Below are positions 24,097 to 36,297 of a DNA stretch of 64,000 nucleotides, in pieces (within the stretch, counting starts at the first letter, position 1; each line of letters begins with the position of its first letter). The position numbers were made by a program, and so were the translations under genes. The DNA is from Octopus bimaculoides (taxonomy: Eukaryota): positions 8,747,843 to 8,811,842 of the forward strand of contig NC_069004.1 in assembly GCF_001194135.2 (NCBI RefSeq), written 5' to 3'. A model generated the notes under the pieces. It was not told the DNA's origin. It saw only the letters and a list, made by a program, of their open reading frames with translations, and did not search any database.

Positions 24097-24435
24097 GTTC
24101 TATATTTAAGAGATGAGGAATTATTTACATTATTTACATTATTTACATTTGACGGATATTTATCCTCATCTTGTTTGTTGTTAACACAACGTTTCGGCTG
24201 ATATACCCTCCAGCCTTCGTCAGGTGTCTTGGGGAAATTTCGAACCTGGGTTCTCATTCCTAACGATGTTACTATTATTATATTGTTATTATTATTATTC
24301 CTATTATTAATCAGGTCGCTGCCGTGAATCGAACTCGGAACCTTGGGGTTAGTAACCCGCGCTCTTAACCACTACGCCATATGCCCGTGGGCATATGTAA
24401 ATAATGTAAATATGTAAATAATGTAAATAATGTAT
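24097..24435 (-). mobile_element. tRNA-headed, hammerhead-bearing non-autonomous retroelement (SINE/Penelope chimera candidate)
   Basis: Head 24386-24311 (A box TGGCGTAGTGG, B box GAGTTCGATTC), (TAA)n linker, hammerhead 24228-24183, (ATGTAAATA)n tail; ATATGTAATACA on both sides (24085-24096, 24436-24447). Confidence 0.7.
24183..24228 (-). ncRNA. Minimal type I hammerhead ribozyme (Penelope-like-element type)
   Basis: GACAC-CUGACGA-A-GGCUG-gagggtatat-CAGCC-GAAA-CG-UU-GUGUU: intact CUGANGA and GAAA core, 5-bp stem II, palindromic ACGU stem III, 5-bp stem I (GACAC/GUGUU), GUU cleavage triplet. Confidence 0.7.
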
Positions 24436-24577
24436 ATATGTAATACATATTATTTTACATCTTTCCTCAGGCAGGTTACTCGGTTTTAATGGCGTTATAA
24501 GCGGCCGAGATGATATGTGCTCTGAACGGTCTGCCGGTCTGCCGTACGATTCAAGGTTTTTTGAGTGAAGGAACCAG

Positions 24578-24746
24578 TTCGATTACATCAGCCCGAGTAT
24601 TTTACTGGTACTTTATTTTATCAACCCTGAAGGAATGAAAAGCAAAGTTGATCTCGGTCGCACTTGAACTCAGAACATGAAGAGCCGGAGGAAATGCCGC
24701 TAAGCAGTTCGTCTGACGGTCTCGTGAATCTGCAAGCTCGCTGCCT
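24578..24746 (-). mobile_element. SINE family A
   Basis: TTCGATTACATC...CTGGTACTTTATTTTATCAACCCTGAAGGAATGAAAAGCAAAGTTGATCTCGG...TGAACTCAGAAC...AGCTCGCTGCCT. Confidence 0.85.
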
Positions 24747-25819
24747 CTATGTGTGTATGTATGTATATAGATAAATACACACAAAAATGCACACACAGAC
24801 ACACACACACACACATACATACACATACACACACAAACAAACACACACACACACGCGCACAAACACATATATTCTATATACATACATATACATGCATACT
24901 CACATATATGCTTGTACGTTTATATATATATATATATNNNNNNNNNNTATATATATGTGTGTGTGTGTATATATATGTGAGTGTGTGTGTGTGTGTGTGT
25001 TTTTGTGAGCGTGTGTCTGTGATTGTGTGTGTACTTGTGATTGTGTGTGTGTTTGTTCGTGTCTAGTGAGCGCTGAGGTATTGTCCCGGACGTTCGGCTC
25101 TTTGATTATCCAATAGCAAAGATTTGAACACTAATTAAAATATAGGGTGTGGATGAGATACAGGGGAGGGACGGTTAGATAGGGGCAGATAGAGGGCTGA
25201 TAGGGGTGCGTTGTGTGAGTGATGAGGCGGTGAAGGTTCGGTGGTGGGCGAAGAAGGATGTGATTGTGTAAGGGGATAGTTTAAATCAAGGGTAGGGACG
25301 TTAAGTGACTTTAGGTGTGGTGTTAGAAGTGATGATGGTGGTTTGGGGTAGTGGTGGTGNNNNNNNNNNNNNNNNNNNNNNNNNNNNNNNNNNNNNNNNN
25401 NNNNNNNNNNNNNNNNNNNNNNNNNNNNNNNNNNNNNNNNNNNNNNNNNNNNNNNNNNNNNNNNNNNNNNNNNNNNNNNNNNNNNNNNNNNNNNNNNNNN
25501 NNNNNNNNNNNNNNNNNNNNNNNNNNNNNNNNNNNNNNNNNNNNNNNNNNNNNNNNNNNNNNNNNNNNNNNNNNNNNNNNNNNNNNNNNNNNNNNNNNNN
25601 NNNNNNNNNNNNNNNNNNNNNNNNNNNNNNNNNNNNNNNNNNNNNNNNNNNNNNGGGGTGGGTTGGGGTGTGGTGGAATGTTGTGCTGGGCCTGGTTGAG
25701 TGGTCTGGACTCCGAGAAACGCATGGTTTAATACAGTTCGATCTGATTTGAAAGAGAGATTAAGCTGCTATATCAAGCAGGTTGACAGATATCGCAAGAA
25801 GCTAGATGGAAGAGGGGGA

Positions 25820-25850
<31 letters not shown>

Positions 25851-26716
25851 GAGAGAAAGAGAGAGAGAGAAAGAGAGAGAGAGAGAAAACAAGAAAGCGG
25901 AAATTTTGAGGATAGTATTCTTTTCTTTTATCTATACAATATTAAATAAAGCTACTTATTAATCAGTTTGCAGCATGTAAATTTTATTAAAGGAAAGCAC
26001 CTATTAAAGTCAACACTGTCTAGAAAATTCCTTAAAATCTCATTTGTATACAGTGGTTATCAAAATGTAGTTTTCAAAATTCTTTTATTACTGAAAATGT
26101 GAACAGCAGGAAACTAATTTCATTTTACTACGAGATAGCGTTTTTTAATAACGAGATATTGTTTCGTCTTCATTTTATTTCTCCCTCTTACACTTCACAA
26201 CGCTATTTCTACAGATACATCAGTAAAAAAAATTTTCAAATTATAAGTTTAATCTTGCGCGTCAGCCAGATAATGTTGATTCCAGTATCCTTTCATATTT
26301 GTTGGCTTGTTTTTCAAAGAGAAAAATTGTTTAAGTTTATTTAAGTCAATTGTACCAAATATATACTTTTCATATTTAAAAGAAAATGCCTGTTATATTG
26401 TTATACATTTCCGGAAATGACCTTGAAATCTGTTATAAATTTCCGGTAGAGCTAATTCCTTAGTTGAGATCACTGTGTTATATCGTAGTTCATATGATGA
26501 ACATGGAAAAAATGTCATTTCCCATCTCTCTACATCTGTAATTATATATTTATTAGTTGTTTATCTTAAAATGTACAAATCTGTTATCAGATTAGGTTAT
26601 CCTAGGGTCAATTTGATAACGAACTCTATAGCCATATCGTATTTATCCCCATTACCAATCCTATTCTTTGTACTCAAGACAAGCTGTCCCCAACCAAAAA
26701 ATAAGACTGTCTAAAG

Positions 26717-27366
26717 CAGTGGTTCTCAACCGAGGTCCATATGGCCCCTAAGGGTCCATATAAGATTTTTATTGGTCCACGCAACAAAATAGTAAATTCG
26801 GGATCCACAATAATGTTTTAAGGGCTCCTGAAAAAATGTTGCTTTAGATGTATGAATTGGTATATATTGCAAGCAACAGCTGGGTTTCTTTCTCTAACAT
26901 TTTGCACAGTTTAACTTACACAAATTAATGTGCGAAAAAGATTTAGGAATTTTGAAAGAAGCTTCTATAAAACTAGTGTTTAACACATAAAGCGCAATGA
27001 GCCACGGTCGTGGCCATCAGGCACAGGTTGACAGGCCACGGTAGTGGCCCAGATAGATGCATTTAATTTATGGGCATTTGTTGGGGTCTAATGTCACTCA
27101 AACGCTCCGATATCCCACAGAATGCAAGAGGACTAATAGTTCGACTAATGACTTTCCAGATGATGTAAAACTTGCCACCATTATATACTAAGAAGATATT
27201 TTAACTATTTTTTTGCTTTTTATGTGTGCATGGTAGTCTCATTTTCATAAAATGTGCTCAGCAGTCCATGGTATGTAATTGCAAATCCCAACGCTTTATG
27301 GGTTATGCATTGAATGGTTATGGGAGTGCACCAGAATGAAACAGTAATCAAAGAACCCTCATTAGA
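26717..27366. mobile_element. Non-autonomous hAT (Charlie-like) element, right TIR decayed
   Basis: Left TIR CAGTGGTTCTCAACC with GGTCCA subterminal repeats; GTCTAAAG at 26709-26716 and 27367-27374; a related fragment lies at 46612-46720. Confidence 0.6.
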
Positions 27367-27470
27367 GTCTAAAGCATTATGCACCAGTTCGCTTTGAATT
27401 TTAATAGTAGCAACACATTGAATAAAGTTTCATAGATGCATTATTAACCAGGATGAAATATGGATGCAGA

Positions 27471-27952
27471 TGACCCAGCAGGATGCAAATAAAAACCATA
27501 TGGCGAGATATCCATGCGGCAGAGGTTTTAGAGAATATACTGTGTAGATGATTGTTATAAAAGCTGTAGATGTATAATTCCCCTTATTTATTTAAATTGT
27601 CTTGGATATACACCCAGTTTATAATCCAATGAAGCGAACTCAAGATCTATCCACCGGGTGAAAAACATTAGGATTGTTTACGTTAACTAGTCCCAGGTTA
27701 TTCTATATCTTTCGATGCAGTTAGCCATGGAGATTATACAAGAGTGCTTGAACGGTACCTGCCTGGATATATTATCTCTTTCTATCTATCTATCTACCTA
27801 CCTATCTATCTATCTATCTGCTTTGCTTATGACAGCCCATCAAAGGTGATGACAGCCTCGATTCAAGACATTTGTCCTCCTCCGCCTCCAGCTCATATTT
27901 TCTCATGGGAGTGGATGTAACTGACAAGAGCGATACGAGATAGGCAGATCTG

Positions 27953-28026
<74 letters not shown>

Positions 28027-28563
28027 GTGTGTGTGTGGGCGTGCGTGTGTGTATTCACGTAAACACACAATAAACTAAGGACTTTTACGTGGTTAAATCA
28101 ACAAAAATTCTAACACTGCCTTTGAGTGCTTGCTGTTATTCTAAATTTATTTATTGAACAGTTGAGTACCATTGGACAAAAAAACAGGATACGAAAGGAA
28201 ATTAAACATAACATTGAAAAAAATTACACAAATCAGGAACCAAATATGTAAATATCGTTTAAGAACAAGCAGAAAACCATCTGGAGGGCTGTGTTTCTGT
28301 GACCCAACAGGATGCAAATAAAAACCATATGGCAATATATCCATGCAGCAGAAACATGTGGGACAAAGGTTTGAGAGAATTACTGTGTAGATGACTGTAA
28401 TAATAATTGTAGATGTATAATTCCATTTATTTATTTGAATTGTCTTGAATATACACCCAGTTTATAATCCAATGAAACGAACTCAAGATCTACCCATCGG
28501 GTGAAAAACATTAGGATTGTTAACCTCAACTAGTCCCAGGTTAGTCCGTATCTTTCGATGCAG
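27471..28563. repeat. Dispersed direct repeat pair of ~250 bp (27471-27720, 28300-28563)
   Basis: Colinear and similar throughout; both begin TGACCC and end TTTCGATGCAG; copy 2 has a ~14-nt insertion. Confidence 0.9.
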
Positions 28564-29268
28564 AAAGAAATATTCGATGAAGAAAGAAATATTAGAAAGA
28601 TATCTAAGATTGAAAATAAGAAGTTAGACGAAGAATGATAGAATTATAGAAGTGAATAAAGAAAACTAACGGAGTAGAAAAAAATGGCAGAAGAGACGAT
28701 AGAGAAAAAAACATGTAATGTTGGGGGATGGGTGACAAAAAAAGGATCTTGCATTGAGGAATGTGGAATTTTGTAGGAACTGTTTACATGGGAGTAGAGA
28801 GTGAGAGAGAGAAGGGATGGGGGGACTACGCGAAAAGGATGTATAGGAGGTAGGGGATGGTGGGAGATAAATTAGAGTAGGAGGCAAGGATAAAGACTGG
28901 AGGGAGATAAAGGGCTAGTTTGGTCATGGAATTATGACACATTTTACAGTCTGTGTTTGTTACAGCAGTATTACCTTAGATGCTCCTCACCCTTCCCCTC
29001 TTGCTACTTCACTTTCACCATCCTTTCACGTCTCTGTCTCTCTCCTGTCTGTCTGTCTGCCTGTCTCATATCCACCCCCACTCTACCTCGGCTCCACCTC
29101 TACTGTCGCACTCTTCCCACCCTTCGTAACGAGACGATGATGTTACTGACTCGAAATCGGGCAACATGTAGTGCTCGGTGTGATGGAAGTGGTGGTGGTG
29201 GTGGTGGTGATGGTGGTAGTAATGGTGTTGGTGTATGTGGTGGTGGTGCTGTGTAGGTTATGACGGAG

Positions 29269-29300
<32 letters not shown>

Positions 29301-29591
29301 GGTGGTGGTGGTGGTGTTATTGTTGGTGATGTTCGTCTACGCGATAATGACCTGTTGGTGGAGGTGTTGATGATGGTTTTGGTGTTGGTGGCGGCTTTGT
29401 CAGTGGTGATGCTGATGGTGTTTGTGATGGTCATGTTGGTGGTGTTGGTGGAAGCGTGGTATTGTAACGTTGAGTGGTCATTGATGAGTAGTTTTTGATA
29501 GAGGGGGGCATTTACTGTTGGAGTGGGGGTTGAGGTAGAGGGTGTCATGCGATTCGGTGATACCTTGTTAGATTGGTTACAAGCGTTGAAC

Positions 29592-29765
29592 GAAATGCCG
29601 CTAAGCATTTTGCCTAGCGGGCTAACGATTCTGTCAGTTTGCCACCCTTTGTTAAAATGTTTCAGCTTTGTTCGATCAACAGAATAGCCTGCTCGTGAAA
29701 TTAACGTGCAAGTGGCTGAGCATTCCACAGACACGCATACCATTCACGTAGTTCTCAGGAAGATT
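29592..29765 (-). mobile_element. SINE family A 5' fragment (29592-29645) abutting a family C 3' fragment (29665-29765)
   Basis: GAAATGCCGCTAAGCATTTTGCC...GATTCTGTCAG and GCCTGCTCGTGAAATTAACGTGCAAGTGGCTGAGCA...CGTAGTTCTC. Confidence 0.8.
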
Positions 29766-30542
29766 CAGAAATCTGAATGAAGGGTGTTGTCTTCGTCCAC
29801 TGCTTGTGGATAGTTGACATATTGTTACATTCCCTGCAAAGTTTCTGTATTGAACAACAACAACAGCCACAACAAAAATAATGAAGTAATAATTGTCTTA
29901 GTAAAATGACCAAGAAAATCACCAGGAATTTTAGCTTGCAGACGTCCCACCAACCGGCACATACATAAAAATCTTGACATCATGTATCATGAGAAAATGA
30001 CAAGTACGATAATAATATGTTAATGAATGGTCGTAGCAATATCGAGTGACTTAAATAAGGTTGTGCAGAAGTGAGCTGAAAAGTTAATGAATTGCTCTGG
30101 CTTTGCTATGGAATTTACGAAATATGTCCATCATTTCATTTGTATGACAGGAACGTATATAATCGTTTCTGTTGTAGGGCCTCTATAAGGATAGGTGTAG
30201 TACATTCCAGAAAATAATTACACATTCCAGAAATACATATTATTTATTAATAACGATTGGTTTAAGAAAAATAAATGCACCGAGTCAAACTTGAAGAGAC
30301 AAAAGTTAATAAATAAGAAGAAAAAAAAAGCGGTCATGTATGTAAGAAAAAGGTAAAAGAAAAAAAAAAGATAAGCGAAGTAGACCAAAGACAGATTTCG
30401 GAACTTTTAGAAAGCAATGAAATAGACGGAGTAATGGACATTTATAAACGACAGAAAATGTTTAGAAATGAATCTGATTAACAGAGTGGATTTGAACTCA
30501 AAACCTGGGTTTAATGATAAAAATAAGTATCGACATATTATT

Positions 30543-30681
30543 ATGGCAAGCTGGCAGAGATCGTTAGCACGCCGGGTCCTGAGTTCAAATTCTGCAAGTA
30601 CCTGTTTACGCACTGGGCTCGATATAATCGACTAGCCACATTCCTCTGAAGAAATTTTCAAGGTGTGCCTCGAGTAGAAAT
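30543..30681 (+). mobile_element. Internally deleted SINE family A
   Basis: GCAAGCTGGCAGAGATCGTTAGCACGCCGGG|TCCTGAGTTCAAATTCTGC|AAGTACC...GATATAATCGACT...GTGCCTCGAGTAGAAA. Confidence 0.75.
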
Positions 30682-31717
30682 AATAATAATAATGATGATA
30701 ATAATAATAAAGCAGTCACGGGTGGTATGCTTGAAATAATGGATTTGCTCGATCAGAACTAATCTGAGACTAACACCACCACCACCACCAACAACAACAA
30801 TTGGGTTGTCAGATAAATTCGTTCGTCCTCTCTCCTTTTATTCGAATCTTTTGAATTAACACAAAAGCATTTCTCTTGTATTGTTTTATGTTTTTCTTTT
30901 TTAGCTCGATTTTTTTTCCTCTCCAAATTTTATGATCTTAGAAATTTGAATAAAATAAATTCTACCGCTTTCCACGCATAGGATGATGAAGGGTGAAGCA
31001 AGGTGGTGGTGATGATGGTGGAAAAAACAAAGAAACAGCGGGTGGGGGAGGGAGAGAAAAGCGAAGCAATTTATGTGACAATATTAAAATCTACCGCAGT
31101 TGGAACAATTTTATGAAGTACAGGGACCAGACATACTAACTGACTGAAAAACATAGCCCTCTAGTTGTCAGACAGGAATTGCCTCACCCCTATCCTGCAC
31201 CTACAGGCAGTGGTGGTGGTGATGGTTGCGGAAGTGCCGATGCCATGGAATTAGTTGGCTGTTCTTAAGGAACCTTGCTTCTTTTAATAGACGTTCCATA
31301 TATTATACTACAGCAGAGAAGAGAGAAATTGTGTTCACGTTTCGACAATTTGGTGGAATCCTAAAGTTGAACAAGACGTTCTGTTGTTACATATGGATGT
31401 AAGGAGAGATATGTGGAAATGCCCTGACCCCTTTCCTCTTTCTCTCTCTCTCTTTTTGCCCCTCTCACCGTCTGTCTGGGGAGAGGCATTGTATGTGGGC
31501 GTGTGTGTATGCATATATCATTTGTATTATTATATATATATATGTATGTATGTATGTATATAAAAATATGCATATACACATATAATGGATATATAAGTGT
31601 ACATGCATGTATATATATATATATATATATATGCATATATGTGTGTGTGTATATGTGTATATATCTTTATACATACACACACGCATATACATACATACAT
31701 ACGTACATACATATATT

Positions 31718-31763
<46 letters not shown>

Positions 31764-32103
31764 TGTATTCATGTAAATGCATGTAGCAGTACATGTATAC
31801 TTACAATTGTGTGTACGTGTGCCCGTATGTGTGTATACGCGCCCGTGATAATGGTCACATGTGCACTTATGTTTTATATAGCGTTACTAGTTTTATATAT
31901 ATCAATGAATATACAATGGAAGCCGTTTTTTATGATCGCGTTAAGGCGAACCATCTTCATAGCAATAACCAGTTGATAACAATATCCGTAGTTAAAATAT
32001 GCGGCAGTCGCCGTGTGCATTATATGTATGTATGGATGCATGTTTATACGCTTGTATGGATGCGTGTATTTGTATGTATTGATGGATGCATATATACGTA
32101 AGC

Positions 32104-32273
32104 GGCGCAGGAGTGGCTGTGTTAAGCAGCTTGTCAACCAGCCACAGGCTTCTGGGTTCAGTCCCACTGCGTGGCACCTTGGGCAAGCGCCTTCTACTAT
32201 AGCCTCGGGCCGACCAAAGCCTTGTGAGTGGATTTGGTGGACGGAAACTGAAAGAAGCCCTTCGTATATATAA

Positions 32274-32331
<58 letters not shown>

Positions 32332-32530
32332 ATGTTTGTGTGTCCGTTTTTGTCTCCTCACCATCACTTGACAACTGATGTTGGTGTGTTTACGTCCCCT
32401 CGACATAGCGGTTCGGCAAAAGGTATCGATAGAATAAGTACTAAAGCTCACAAAGAATAAGTCCTGGGGTCGATTTGTTCGACTAAAGGCTCTGCTCCAG
32501 CGTGACCGCAGTCAAATGTCTGAAACAAAT
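32104..32530 (+). mobile_element. Full CORE-type SINE (B head, microsatellite, D tail)
   Basis: GGCGCAGGAGTGGCTGTG...GGCACCTTGGGCAAG...GAAAGAAGCCC, (TA)n(TG)n, CACTTGACAAC...GCGGTTCGGCAAAAG...GCTCCAGCGTGACCGCAGTCAAATG.CTGAAACAA. Confidence 0.9.
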
Positions 32531-32639
32531 ATAGTTAAATATATATTTGTGTGTGCGTGTGTTTTCAGCTTGTATATGTATATATGAGGATATGTATATA
32601 CATACATGAATATATCTTTTGCTCTCTTTCCCTCCGCCA

Positions 32640-32672
<33 letters not shown>

Positions 32673-32753
32673 TTTCCTTTCGTTCGTCATCGTTTCCCAA
32701 ATCTCCTCACAGACTCCAGCCTCGTTACAATCGCGTCAAAACACACACGCGCG

Positions 32754-32828
<75 letters not shown>

Positions 32829-34149
32829 ATACCCGAGTCTATGTTACCCAGTTTCACAGACTTACATTAGAATTTTGACGTCACATCTGACCCCCTTTTT
32901 TATTTCTTTCTCACCCCCTCCTCCTTTCTCCCCCCTGACATTCGTTCTTATGTTCCCCTATATTTTTCCACAATACCATTCCTTTTAGGTAATATCTTAT
33001 AACCCCTTTACCAAAACCGCCGCCATCACCGCCGCCAGAACCCTCCACTCAGATTAAATGCTGATTTATTTATTTATTTTTAATTGTATTTCCGGTTCAT
33101 TTTCTTGATTTTGTCCCTGTTGACGTTCCGTACATTATATTATCATTTTGTTTGTTCTTTTTTAGATATTCATGTTTAGTGGTTTTCGTCATTGGTCAGC
33201 GGCCATGCTAGAGCAATACCTTCAAGGATGGGCACAGACGGGTTGGTGGGACCATCATATTCACAACATCCTTAAATACTTCTCACCTTCCCGAGCGTTA
33301 AACTAATACACCCGTTCGTTGCTTTTACACCGGTCTTCGTCTTTTGTTTTTTGTAAATTCCAACTATATATATATATATATATATATATAAGGTTAATAG
33401 AGTTAGAGGTTGGAATAACCGTATAAGGAATAAAAAGATCCGTTTTACTAACGGTATGGTTACCTATGTTAACTCTGGGCATACATATGCAAGCCTATTA
33501 TGCTCATAGACAGATAGATAGATAAAGTGACAGACAGACATAAACATATAGAGATATAGATTAAATATTTGAACTGATCTTAAGGTAGAGAGATACACCC
33601 ACACAGATAGTGTTTGTGTAATTTGTCGTCGGTTAATTCGCCAATAAAATCCAAGTCGAAATAATATCAGTTTATTTCATTCTGTTATTCTGGTTTCACC
33701 CTTAGTTGTTTGTTTTGATGCCGTTTCAAATCGCGCGGTTGAAAAGCGAAAGTGTTTCTTAAAAGTGACACTCGACTCGATGTGGAATCGTTGCTGCCAA
33801 TGGTTCTCAGAGTGGGTAAATGGGTGGGAAGTGTGCGGTGGGGGATTTGGTTTTATTTAATACAAACAACAAATCAAGCGGGGATTAATGTGTTTTAATT
33901 TTATTCAGGAAACTGATGCATCAACACAGCCACCTGCAAAGCTCACTCTTTCAGAGAAAGGAAAGGAAATCTTACATACATGATTACATTCATACATGCA
34001 CACATACGCATATCATACACACATACATGTAACTGTGTATATGCATGTATAGTCATACATATACGTACACAGATAAATAAATACGTATATATATATTTGT
34101 ATCATACACATCCATACATACAAACACACACACACACACACATAAACAT

Positions 34150-34328
34150 AGGGAGTGAAAGAAAATGCAGTAGGGTGATTTTATTCAACATATTCCTCTC
34201 TCAGGTTCACACACTCACTGCAGCGATCTTTCAGTTTTTCTAAGCCCTGTAAAAGAACCTGGTAGGTTGGGCCTCCAGCCAGGTCATTCGCGATGCCCTT
34301 AAAAACAGGAACATTTTAGCGCCCATCG
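34150..34328. mobile_element. Mariner-type MITE, second copy, left TIR lost
   Basis: GATTTTATTCAACATATTCC.CTC.CAG.TTCACAC...TTTCTAAGCCCTGTAAAAGAAC...GGTTGGGCCTC colinear with 5868-6084; right TIR AGGAACATTTTAGCGCCCATCG-TA. Confidence 0.8.
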
Positions 34329-34545
34329 TATATACATATTTATTTATGTGAGTGCATATGTATGAATAAATATGCATGTGTGTGTGTGCATGTGTGTGCG
34401 TGTCGATGCATGTATGTATGTATATATGTGCGATTGTATGTATGTACATATGTATGATTGTATATATATGTATGATTGTATGTATGTATATATTTATGAT
34501 TGTATGTGCTTACTATATAGGACACTCCTCTTTTCCAAAGAAATA

Positions 34546-34614
<69 letters not shown>

Positions 34615-35450
34615 AATATAAATTTAAAATCACCCTGGACTCTATAAGCGAAGTTGGGCCAATACTGCATCATTTGGTGCAATAAAAACACTTTTTTCCC
34701 AAATACGAGTTACTGAAACAGGTGTATACGATATACCCGTGCATCTTTTGTATGCCATCAAGTTCAGTGTCTGCTTGTCTGTCTATATACATCTTTCTCT
34801 CTCTCTATCTATCTATCAAAAGAAAGATATCTATCTATTACGAATGCTGATGGTTCTACGACATATCAGGGTTCCGATAAACGAAGGTGAGTGCAATGTT
34901 AGACTTGATAAGATCGGCAACCTTAAAGGTCTCAGGACCAACATTGGAGGAAAAATAAGGCAAAACTGATTGTAGCCATCCTGTCATCCCACTATGAAAT
35001 ATCGGGTTCTCCATTCCAGGTGAACGCTCCTCACTCGACAAGAGCGTAATGATTTTACCAAAGGTCAGCAGGATGGAGGACTCGAAACGAAATACTAAAT
35101 GGTGAAAGAACCACGTGGTCGCGAAACTTCTTAACGACACGCCTACACCTCATTTTTATATTTATCATAGTTTTTGCTTTCTGTGTTTTTTTTCTTCTTT
35201 TTATAAATTCTATTTCCTGTTTCGTTTTGTTCTTCTCATTGCGTTTGTCTTTCGCTTGTTTTGTAGGAATTTCTTTTTGGTTTTTAGGTATTTTCTCTCA
35301 ATTGTTTTTTCTTCTCAGCCTCAGGTTGGCTTTTTTCTTTTTTTTTAAATATTCACAGATGTTTTAACTGTAAGTTCTCATAGACACAAGTTCACATACT
35401 TTGGGAGGGGCTGGGTAAAAACGAATGTACCGTCCCTCGCTGTACGATTC

Positions 35451-35487
<37 letters not shown>

Positions 35488-35904
35488 TAACAGTGATAAT
35501 AATAATAATAATAAAAATAATAATAATACTTATGATAACAATGATGATGATGTTTTCTTCATTAACCACCAAGGCTTGACAAAAACACCGGGAACGGTTC
35601 TGAACGATATAGAATTGGATTACATAAAAATACAAGTGAAAAGAGGAAAATAACAAATAAGAAAAAATATAAATTCAAAAATTCAAAGAAAAATAACCCC
35701 CCACCCATTGGAGGCCACAAAACCAGGGTCACATTGACCACTAAGGCAAAATGCCCTCTCTTAATAGTCCTTCACCAATTTACAGGAACATGTTCAGGAC
35801 AGCCCCGCCCCGTTCACTAAAATCATGCTGGTTATTCTCATCCACCTTTCAACAAATTTGCTGGGGGTGGGGTAGAAATTTCCTCTTCACTCTCGCTTTC
35901 TTTT

Positions 35905-36045
35905 TCAATGCTTGGGCACTGGATGAGTGCGTGCAAAGCAGTTTCGTTCTTTGTGCACGTCTCGGACATTCTCGTCTGATGGTATTTCAGTGCCTGTAGA
36001 GTCCATCTCGAACCGGGTAATGCACCTCGGTAGCACTGCTGGTGT
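35905..36045 (-). mobile_element. Tx1/L1-clade LINE ORF2 C-terminal zinc-knuckle fragment
   Basis: With two frameshifts reads QCYRGALP-VRDGLYRH*NTIRRECPRRAQ-NETALHALIQCPSI, the zf-RVT pattern CPRC...ET..H....CP. Confidence 0.7.
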
Positions 36046-36264
36046 ATATATACAATTCCTAACGCTAGTAGACATCGCATTTAAGAACTCAGTTTAGTAA
36101 AGACATTCAGTATTCTTTAATACTTGGCGTCGCGTTAGGACTTTTACTTTGAACGCTATCCCACAGCAAATTGACGTATAAACAAAAGACATACGCTATG
36201 TGCGACTGATAATATCTATCTATCCATCTATCTATCTAGCTAGCTACCTATTTATCTATCTATG

Positions 36265-36297
<33 letters not shown>

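Noticed and set aside
24311-24386. Functional tRNA gene
   Set aside because: Acceptor and anticodon stems pair poorly and the implied anticodon ACT is atypical; better explained as a SINE head. The same applies to the heads at 37080 and 38915.
33290-33365. Penelope-type 3' end fragment before an (AT)n run (similar block at 36310-36490)
   Set aside because: Resembles remembered octopus repeats, but has no hammerhead core or second copy in the window to support a call.
34865-34895. Exon ending at a perfect AAG|GTGAGT donor (also GAG|GTAAGT near 40164 and G|GTAAGT near 9578)
   Set aside because: No convincing upstream acceptor or open frame; isolated donor consensus is expected by chance.
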